Assembly: GCA_900544175.1 (NCBI GenBank)
Contig: UQUN01000010.1
Coordinates: forward strand, 3,392-67,391
Direction: 5' to 3'
Source of the DNA: an uncultured Alistipes sp.
GTDB taxonomy: Bacteria > Bacteroidota > Bacteroidia > Bacteroidales > UBA932
Length of the DNA: 64,000 nucleotides
Of the stretch, positions 58,036-64,000 are shown in pieces. Made by a program: the position numbers and the translations under genes. Numbering within the stretch: the first letter of the stretch is position 1; every line of letters starts with the position of its first letter. The notes under the pieces were generated by a model that saw nothing but the letters and a program-made list of their open reading frames with translations, searched no databases and was not told where the DNA came from.

Positions 58036-58643
58036 TGGCAAAGAAAAAAACAGAAGAGACCAAGCAGGAGCAGAATGTCAGCTTGGCGGGTTATGTCCCC
58101 AATCTTCAGAAAAAATACAAGGAGGAGATAGTAGGCAAGCTGCAGAAGGAGTTCTCGTTCCCTACAGTCATGCAGGTTCCCAGACTCCTCAAGATAACCA
58201 TCAACCAAGGTATCGGTGCTGCTACCGGTGACAAGAAGCTTGTCGAGGTCGCACAGCAGGAGCTTACTGCCATTGCAGGTCAGAAAGCGGTTCCGACTTA
58301 TTCGAGGAAGGATATATCCAACTTCAAGCTCCGTCGCGGACAGCCCATCGGTGTGAAGGTGACCCTCAGGGGGGCGCGTATGTACGAGTTCCTTGAAAGG
58401 CTTATAGCCGTGTCCCTTCCCCGAATCAGAGATTTCAACGGCATCAACGAGAAGTTTGACGGCCGCGGCAACTACACTCTCGGTATCAAGGAACAGATCA
58501 TATTTCCCGAGATCGACATAGACAAGATATCCAAGATCTTCGGAATGGAGATTACATTTGTCACATCGACAGAGAAGGACGAGGAGGCTTATGCACTTCT
58601 CCGTGAATTCGGACTGCCTTTTAAGAATAAAAACCGTAATTAG
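58035..58643 (+). CDS. rplE: 50S ribosomal protein L5 (with about 15-aa Lys/Glu-rich N-terminal extension)
   Basis: ...[19 protein letters not shown]...[33 protein letters not shown] overlaps rplX stop by 1 nt. Confidence 0.9.
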   Translation: MAKKKTEETKQEQNVSLAGYVPNLQKKYKEEIVGKLQKEFSFPTVMQVPRLLKITINQGIGAATGDKKLVEVAQQELTAIAGQKAVPTYSRKDISNFKLRRGQPIGVKVTLRGARMYEFLERLIAVSLPRIRDFNGINEKFDGRGNYTLGIKEQIIFPEIDIDKISKIFGMEITFVTSTEKDEEAYALLREFGLPFKNKNRN

Positions 58644-58648
58644 AAGAT

Positions 58649-58918
58649 ATGGCAAAAGAATCAATGAAAGCCCGCGAGGTGAAACGCGCGAGGATGTGCG
58701 CTAAATACGCAGAAAAACGTAAAGCATTGAAAGAGGCCGGCGACTGGGCCGCTCTTGACAGACTCCCCAAGAACTCAAGTCCCTGCCGTCAGCACAACCG
58801 CTGCTCTATTACAGGGCGTCCCAAGGGATATATGCGTGTTTTCGGCATCAGCCGTATTCAGTTCCGCGAGATGGCCAGCAAGGGTCTGATTCCCGGCGTT
58901 CGCAAGGCATCCTGGTAA
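58649..58918 (+). CDS. rpsN: 30S ribosomal protein S14
   Basis: 89 aa, ...[39 protein letters not shown]. Confidence 0.9.
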   Translation: MAKESMKAREVKRARMCAKYAEKRKALKEAGDWAALDRLPKNSSPCRQHNRCSITGRPKGYMRVFGISRIQFREMASKGLIPGVRKASW

Positions 58919-58999
58919 AATAGAAACGAACTTAATTTATAAACCATTGGATATCGGGCGCAGAAATGCGTCGAACCACAAAAAAACAAAACAAACAAA

Positions 59000-59395
59000 A
59001 TGACTGATCCAATAGCAGATTACCTGACGAGAGTCAGGAACGCATACCTCGCAAAGCATAAAATCGTCGAGGTCCCTGCATCGAAGATGAAAATGGAGAT
59101 AACCCGTATCCTGCATGAGAAGGGCTATATCCTGAGTTACAAGGTTGTGGAGGGTACACCCTGCAATACTATCAAGATGGCGCTCAAATATCATCCTGTG
59201 ACCAAACAGGCAGCTGTCAAGAAGATTCAGAGGGTATCCACTCCCGGTCTCAGGAAGTATGTCGGAGTCGAGGACATGCCTCGTGTGCTCAACGGCATGG
59301 GTATAGCCATCCTCTCTACTTCAAAGGGTATCATTACGGACAAGGAAGCCAAGGATATGAACGTCGGCGGCGAAGTCCTCTGTTATGTTTATTAA
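59000..59395 (+). CDS. rpsH: 30S ribosomal protein S8
   Basis: MTDPIADYLTRVRNA... Confidence 0.95.
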   Translation: MTDPIADYLTRVRNAYLAKHKIVEVPASKMKMEITRILHEKGYILSYKVVEGTPCNTIKMALKYHPVTKQAAVKKIQRVSTPGLRKYVGVEDMPRVLNGMGIAILSTSKGIITDKEAKDMNVGGEVLCYVY

Positions 59396-59416
59396 AAACC
59401 AAAAATTCAGAAAACA

Positions 59417-59977
59417 ATGTCAAGAATTGGAAAATTGCCTGTACACCTGCCGCAGGGCGTGACCGCAACGGTCGGAGCCGACAATGTGGTACTGGTTAAA
59501 GGACCGCTCGGACAACTGAGTCAGAAGGTTGATCCTGACATCAAAGTATCCGTTGAAGGGAATATTCTTACGGTAACTCGTCCCACGGACCAGCCCCGTC
59601 ACCGTTCCCTGCACGGACTCTACCGCGCACTCATTCACAATATGGTGACTGGAGTGTCTACTGGTTTTACCATCAAACAGGAACTGATCGGTGTCGGTTA
59701 CCGTGTGGAAGTCAAGGGGCAGATCCTCGAGCTCGCACTCGGATACTCGCACGACATACATTTCATGCTTCCCTCGGAGATCAAGGCCGAGGCAGAGCCT
59801 GTGAAGAAAGGTCAGAACCCTGTTCTCGTTCTCAAGAGCTGTGACAAGCAGCTGCTCGGTCAGGTGGCCGCCAAGATCCGCTCTATGCGTGCTCCCGAGC
59901 CGTACAAGGGCAAAGGTATCAAGTTCGTAGGCGAACAGCTCCGCCGTAAGGCAGGTAAGTCCGCAGGCGCTAAATAA
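59417..59977 (+). CDS. rplF: 50S ribosomal protein L6
   Basis: MSRIGKLPVHLPQGVTA... Confidence 0.95.
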   Translation: MSRIGKLPVHLPQGVTATVGADNVVLVKGPLGQLSQKVDPDIKVSVEGNILTVTRPTDQPRHRSLHGLYRALIHNMVTGVSTGFTIKQELIGVGYRVEVKGQILELALGYSHDIHFMLPSEIKAEAEPVKKGQNPVLVLKSCDKQLLGQVAAKIRSMRAPEPYKGKGIKFVGEQLRRKAGKSAGAK

Positions 59978-59993
59978 TTAGGAGGATAGGAAT

Positions 59994-60356
59994 ATGGCAA
60001 TGACTAAAATAGAAAGAAGACAGAGAATACGTTACCGTATCCGTAAAGTGGTGAGCGGTACTCCTGAGAGACCCAGGATGTCCGTATTCAGAAGCAACAA
60101 ACAGATATACGTTCAGGTGATCGATGACACCAAGGGCATCACCCTCGTTTCCGCCGGTTCTACCGACAAGTCTCTCGCTGAGGCTGTCAAGGGCAAGACC
60201 GGTACCGAGGTGGCGGCTCTGGTGGGCAAGCTCATCGCCGAGCGTGCAGTGGAGAAGGGTATTTCCAGCGTTGCTTTCGACCGTGGAGGCTACCTTTATC
60301 ACGGAAGGGTTAAAAGTTTGGCAGACGCGGCCCGCGAGGGCGGTCTTAAATTCTAA
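59994..60356 (+). CDS. rplR: 50S ribosomal protein L18
   Basis: ...[18 protein letters not shown]... Confidence 0.9.
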   Translation: MAMTKIERRQRIRYRIRKVVSGTPERPRMSVFRSNKQIYVQVIDDTKGITLVSAGSTDKSLAEAVKGKTGTEVAALVGKLIAERAVEKGISSVAFDRGGYLYHGRVKSLADAAREGGLKF

Positions 60357-60361
60357 AGACT

Positions 60362-60880
60362 ATGGCAGATATCAATGTTAAAAAAGTAAAGACCACCGAT
60401 CTGGAACTGAAAGACAGATTGGTAGCAGTACAGAGGGTTACCAAGGTAACCAAAGGCGGCCGCCACTTCAGTTTCGCTGCTATCGTAGTAGTCGGCGATG
60501 AGAAGGGTGTCGTAGGCTATGGTCTCGGAAAGGCCAATGAAGTTACTACAGCTATATCCAAGGGTATAGAGGACGCCAAGAAGAATCTCGTAAAAGTTCC
60601 TCTTAACAAGAGGACCATTCCTCATGAGCAGGAGGCCAAGTTCGGAGGAGCCAAAGTGTTCATGAAACCTGCGGCGCCCGGTACCGGAGTGAAGGCCGGA
60701 GGTGCTATGCGTGCCGTGTTCGAGTCAGTAGGTGTTCAGGACGTGCTTGCGAAGTCCAAGGGTTCGTCCAATCCCCACAATCTCGTAAAAGCCACGATTG
60801 CGGCTCTTGTAGAGCTTCGTGACGCCTATACAGTGGCCGGTGTGCGCGGAATTCCAATGCAAAGAGTATTTAAAGGATAA
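60362..60880 (+). CDS. rpsE: 30S ribosomal protein S5
   Basis: ...[27 protein letters not shown]... Confidence 0.95.
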   Translation: MADINVKKVKTTDLELKDRLVAVQRVTKVTKGGRHFSFAAIVVVGDEKGVVGYGLGKANEVTTAISKGIEDAKKNLVKVPLNKRTIPHEQEAKFGGAKVFMKPAAPGTGVKAGGAMRAVFESVGVQDVLAKSKGSSNPHNLVKATIAALVELRDAYTVAGVRGIPMQRVFKG

Positions 60881-60892
60881 GGAGGAAGCACG

Positions 60893-61075
60893 ATGGCAAA
60901 AGTTAAGGTTACTCAGATAAAGAGCAAGAACGGTTCTACCAAGAGGCAGAGAGCCAATCTCGAGTCGCTTGGTCTGCGCCGTCTGCACCAGACGGTGGAA
61001 ATAGAACTCACACCCGTGACCAACGGTATGATTCAGAAGGTTCTACATCTTGTAAAAGTCGAAGAGATAAACTAA
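60893..61075 (+). CDS. rpmD: 50S ribosomal protein L30
   Basis: 60 aa, MAKVKVTQIKS... Confidence 0.85.
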   Translation: MAKVKVTQIKSKNGSTKRQRANLESLGLRRLHQTVEIELTPVTNGMIQKVLHLVKVEEIN

Positions 61076-61091
61076 ATCAAGGGAAAAAGAG

Positions 61092-61538
61092 ATGAAACTA
61101 CATAATTTACAACCTGCAGAGGGCTCCCGCAAGAAAACAAAGCGCGTCGGTAGAGGAGAAGGCTCCGGTCACGGAGGACAGTCTACCCGTGGTATGAACG
61201 GTGCCAAGTCACGTTCCGGTTACCGTCACAAGATTGGATTCGAGGGAGGCCAGATGCCGATCCAGAGACGTCTTCCTAAGTTCGGATTCAAGAATCCTAC
61301 CAGAGTCGAGTACAAGGCAGTCAATCTGTCCGCTCTTCAGGCTCTGAGTGAGAGGATGAATGTGTCTGTTATCGATTTCGACACACTTGTCATGGCCGGA
61401 CTCGTTTCAAAGAATGACAAGGTCAAGATCCTCGGTAACGGCGAGTTGAAGGCCAGGCTGGAGGTTTCGGCCGATGCATTCTCCAAGTCAGCCAAGGAAA
61501 AGATAGAGGCTCTGGAAGGCAAGGCTATAGTACTTTAA
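61092..61538 (+). CDS. rplO: 50S ribosomal protein L15
   Basis: ...KRVGRGEGSGHGGQSTRGMNG... Confidence 0.9.
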   Translation: MKLHNLQPAEGSRKKTKRVGRGEGSGHGGQSTRGMNGAKSRSGYRHKIGFEGGQMPIQRRLPKFGFKNPTRVEYKAVNLSALQALSERMNVSVIDFDTLVMAGLVSKNDKVKILGNGELKARLEVSADAFSKSAKEKIEALEGKAIVL

Positions 61539-61553
61539 TAAACATAGCGGCCG

Positions 61554-62873
61554 ATGAAAAGATTTATACAGACAATCAAGAATATCTTCAAGATTGAAGA
61601 GTTGAGGAAGAGGTTGGGATATACCTTTCTCCTCTTGCTTGTGTACCGTCTCGGATGCTTCATTGTAGTGCCGGGTATAGACCCGACCAAGCTGCAGGAA
61701 CTCGAAGCCCAGGCGTCCACAGGTCTCCTCAGTCTGTTGGATATGTTTTCCGGCGGCGCTTTCGGCAATGCTTCCATCTTCGCGTTGGGAGTGATGCCGT
61801 ACATCTCCGCATCCATTGTCATCCAGCTGTTGGGTGTTATGGTCCCCTATTTCCAGAAGATGCAGAGAGAAGGGGAGAGCGGACGTAGAAAAATGAACCA
61901 GTGGACACGCTATCTCACAATTGTAATCCTTCTGCTTCAAGGACCTGCGTACATTACCAACCTTCACGCACAGTTGCCTGCAGATGCGTTCTTAGTACAG
62001 GGTTTCGGATTCAATATCTTCGCCACGATAGTGCTGATGGCCGGCACGATGTTCGTGATGTGGCTCGGTGAGCGTATTACCGACAGAGGTATCGGAAACG
62101 GTATCTCCCTGATCATCATGGTAGGTATCATAGCCCGTCTGCCTTTCGCGATTTTCGCTGAGGCGGCGCAGAGGTTCAATCAGACCAATGGAGGTCCTCT
62201 CATGTTCCTCATTGAGATTGTATTCCTCTTCCTGGTGTTCATCGCCACCATCGCTCTCGTGCAGGGACAGCGCAAAGTTCCCGTGCAGTATGCGAAGAGA
62301 GTTGTCGGAAACCGTCAGTACGGTGGAGTCCGTCAGTATATACCTCTGAAAATAAACGCGGCCGGCGTAATGCCGATTATTTTCGCACAGGCCCTGATGA
62401 TGTTCCCGCTTCTCCTGTCGCGTTTCGACGCCTCACAGGGGCTTGCGGCCACATTGAGCGACTATACCGGATTCTGGTATAATCTCATCTTCGCGTTCCT
62501 CGTGATAGTATTCACATACTTCTATACGGCAGTCACTGTGAATTCCAACATGATGGCCGAGGAGATGAAGAAGAACGGCGGATTCATCCCCGGAGTGAAG
62601 CCCGGCAAGAAGACCGTCGACTACCTCGATGCAATCATGTCGCGTATCACACTGCCTGGATCATTCTTCCTGGCCATCGTGGCGATACTGCCGGCATTTG
62701 CGATGATGTTCGGGATAAACAACCAGTTCTCCCAGTTTTACGGTGGAACCTCCTTGCTTATCCTTGTAGGCGTAGTGCTCGACACTCTGCAGCAGATCGA
62801 GTCGCATCTGCTCATGCGTCACTACGACGGTTTGATGAAGACCGGACGTCTTAAAGGCCGTTCGGGCATGTAA
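61554..62873 (+). CDS. secY: Preprotein translocase subunit SecY
   Basis: 439 aa, 10 TM. ...LGVMPYISASIVIQLL... Confidence 0.95.
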   Translation: MKRFIQTIKNIFKIEELRKRLGYTFLLLLVYRLGCFIVVPGIDPTKLQELEAQASTGLLSLLDMFSGGAFGNASIFALGVMPYISASIVIQLLGVMVPYFQKMQREGESGRRKMNQWTRYLTIVILLLQGPAYITNLHAQLPADAFLVQGFGFNIFATIVLMAGTMFVMWLGERITDRGIGNGISLIIMVGIIARLPFAIFAEAAQRFNQTNGGPLMFLIEIVFLFLVFIATIALVQGQRKVPVQYAKRVVGNRQYGGVRQYIPLKINAAGVMPIIFAQALMMFPLLLSRFDASQGLAATLSDYTGFWYNLIFAFLVIVFTYFYTAVTVNSNMMAEEMKKNGGFIPGVKPGKKTVDYLDAIMSRITLPGSFFLAIVAILPAFAMMFGINNQFSQFYGGTSLLILVGVVLDTLQQIESHLLMRHYDGLMKTGRLKGRSGM

Positions 62874-62888
62874 TTCTCAAAAAGTTCT

Positions 62889-63668
62889 TTGAGTATGATA
62901 AGAATAAAATCCGAAGAAGAAATCGAGATTCTCAGAGAGAATGCGATCCTCGTATCCAAGACGTTGGCGGAAGTCGGCAAGCTTGTTGCTCCCGGTGTCA
63001 CCACCATGCAGCTCGACAAGGCGGCCGAGACATTTATCCGGGACAACGGGGCGGAGCCGGGCTTCTTGGGATACGGCGGATTCCCCTATACTCTCTGTGT
63101 CTCTGTCAATGATGTCGTGGTCCACGGTTTTCCGTCGGACTACAGGCTTAAGGAAGGAGACATCGTATCCGTCGACTGCGGAACTGTATACAAAGGATAC
63201 TACGGTGACTCGGCCTACACTTTCCCTGTCGGAAAAGTGGATGACGAGACAGCCCGGCTGCTTGAAGTCACCAAGGCGTCCCTGTACCGCGGCATAGAGC
63301 AGGCAGTTGCAGGAAAGAGGATAGGGGATATAGGTCATGCGGTCCAGTCATACGCCGAGAGTTTCGGTTTCTCGGTGGTCCGCGAGATGGTAGGACACGG
63401 AATCGGCAAGGACATGCACGAGCATCCCGAGGTTCCGAACTACGGCAAGGCGGGCACCGGCAAGAAACTGGTCAAAGGTATGACTATCTGCATAGAGCCT
63501 ATGATCAATGCGGGAGGCAAGGCTATCTACCTCCACGAGAACGGATGGGCGGTAAGTACCTGTGACAAGAAGAACTCTGCCCATTTCGAGCTGACAGTCG
63601 CCGTCGGGGACGAAAAGGCCGATATTCTATCAACTTTCGACTTTATAGAAGGTAAGAGACAATATTAA
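62889..63668 (+). CDS. map: Type I methionine aminopeptidase
   Basis: ...GFPYTLCVSVNDVVVHG...VDCG...HGIG...EPM... Confidence 0.9.
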   Translation: MSMIRIKSEEEIEILRENAILVSKTLAEVGKLVAPGVTTMQLDKAAETFIRDNGAEPGFLGYGGFPYTLCVSVNDVVVHGFPSDYRLKEGDIVSVDCGTVYKGYYGDSAYTFPVGKVDDETARLLEVTKASLYRGIEQAVAGKRIGDIGHAVQSYAESFGFSVVREMVGHGIGKDMHEHPEVPNYGKAGTGKKLVKGMTICIEPMINAGGKAIYLHENGWAVSTCDKKNSAHFELTVAVGDEKADILSTFDFIEGKRQY

Positions 63669-63689
63669 GTTGTAAGAGACAAGTACTTT

Positions 63690-63908
63690 ATGCCAAAGCA
63701 AGCTGCTATAGAAAAAGACGGCACTATAATCGAGGCCCTGTCCAACGCCATGTTCCGCGTGGAGCTTGACAACGGCCATGTGATTATAGCCCATATCTCC
63801 GGCAAGATGCGTATGCACTATATACGTATCCTGCCCGGTGACAAGGTCAGAGTAGAGATGTCCCCTTATGATTTATCAAAAGGAAGAATTTCTTTCAGGT
63901 ACAAATAA
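63690..63908 (+). CDS. infA: Translation initiation factor IF-1
   Basis: 72 aa, ...[29 protein letters not shown]... Confidence 0.95.
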   Translation: MPKQAAIEKDGTIIEALSNAMFRVELDNGHVIIAHISGKMRMHYIRILPGDKVRVEMSPYDLSKGRISFRYK

Positions 63909-63920
63909 AAAACTACGACA

Positions 63921-64000
63921 ATGAAAGTTAAAGCATCCATAAAGAAGCGCAGTGAGGATTGCAAAATAGTAAAGCGCAAAGGTCGCCTTTATGTCATCTG
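63921..64000 (+). CDS. rpmJ: 50S ribosomal protein L36 (3' end truncated by window edge)
   Basis: Not in the ORF track. ATG at 63921 gives [26 protein letters not shown]..., the L36 zinc-ribbon start. Confidence 0.75.
   Translation, partial: MKVKASIKKRSEDCKIVKRKGRLYVI

Noticed and set aside
1-64000. Mobile elements, CRISPR arrays, tRNA/rRNA genes.
   Set aside because: No transposase, integrase or recombinase-like ORF, no direct-repeat arrays, and no tRNA-like cloverleaf candidates in any intergenic gap over 70 bp. The region looks chromosomal and not recently acquired, although 23-41 kb is accessory-like in gene content.

Overview
This 64-kb window looks like a chromosomal segment from a relatively high-GC Bacteroidales (Bacteroidota) genome. 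Promoters follow the Bacteroidetes TTTG / TAnnTTTG pattern and there are many SpII lipoproteins with BACON-like domains. I found no rRNA, tRNA, CRISPR array, transposase or integrase.

Gene content in order:
- 1-600: partial thiE on the minus strand, preceded by a clear TPP riboswitch that the ORF track cannot show.
- 0.6-5 kb: an outer-membrane barrel gene, a YgjP-like peptidase, rpsO and pnp. The pnp product carries an Arg/Gly-rich tail, and a 630-bp ORF-free gap follows it.
- 5-9 kb: a radical SAM gene and a YhcH-like gene, then a divergent DUF4105 / NlpC-P60 pair.
- 9-15 kb: guaB, two SurA-like chaperones and an OstA-like protein.
- 15-19.5 kb: hutH-hutI-ftcD (no hutU) with a perfect inverted repeat abutting the hutH start codon.
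- 19.5-23 kb: a compact fabH-fabF-fabZ-fabG cluster behind a palindromic promoter, with no ACP or enoyl reductase.
- 23-37 kb: the most unusual region, a 14-kb divergon described below.
- 37.7-41.2 kb: an operon of an 886-aa coiled-coil lipoprotein plus a small OM barrel.
- 41-49.8 kb: long-form nagB, cell-envelope housekeeping genes (LpxH-like, uppP, DUF3098, ftsX), a GlgA-N-like gene, DUF4270 and acpP.
- 49.8-56.1 kb: purN and a complete bioB-A-F-G-C / bioD biotin locus.
- 56.4-64 kb: ribosomal protein cluster rplP to rpmJ with secY, map and infA. It starts with its own promoter directly after bioD, so rpsJ to rpsC are not upstream here.

The 23-37 kb divergon builds an extracytoplasmic thiol-disulfide relay. 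The leftward operon is dsbD (full alpha-beta-gamma), a BACON-thioredoxin lipoprotein, tlpA, a DUF6029 outer-membrane barrel and a second BACON-thioredoxin lipoprotein. The rightward operon is a third BACON-thioredoxin lipoprotein, an 841-aa BACON lipoprotein and an 850-aa BACON x3 + leucine-rich-repeat lipoprotein. The three lipoprotein paralogs carry CPNC, CGYC and CTNC redox motifs and a conserved thioredoxin cis-Pro loop.
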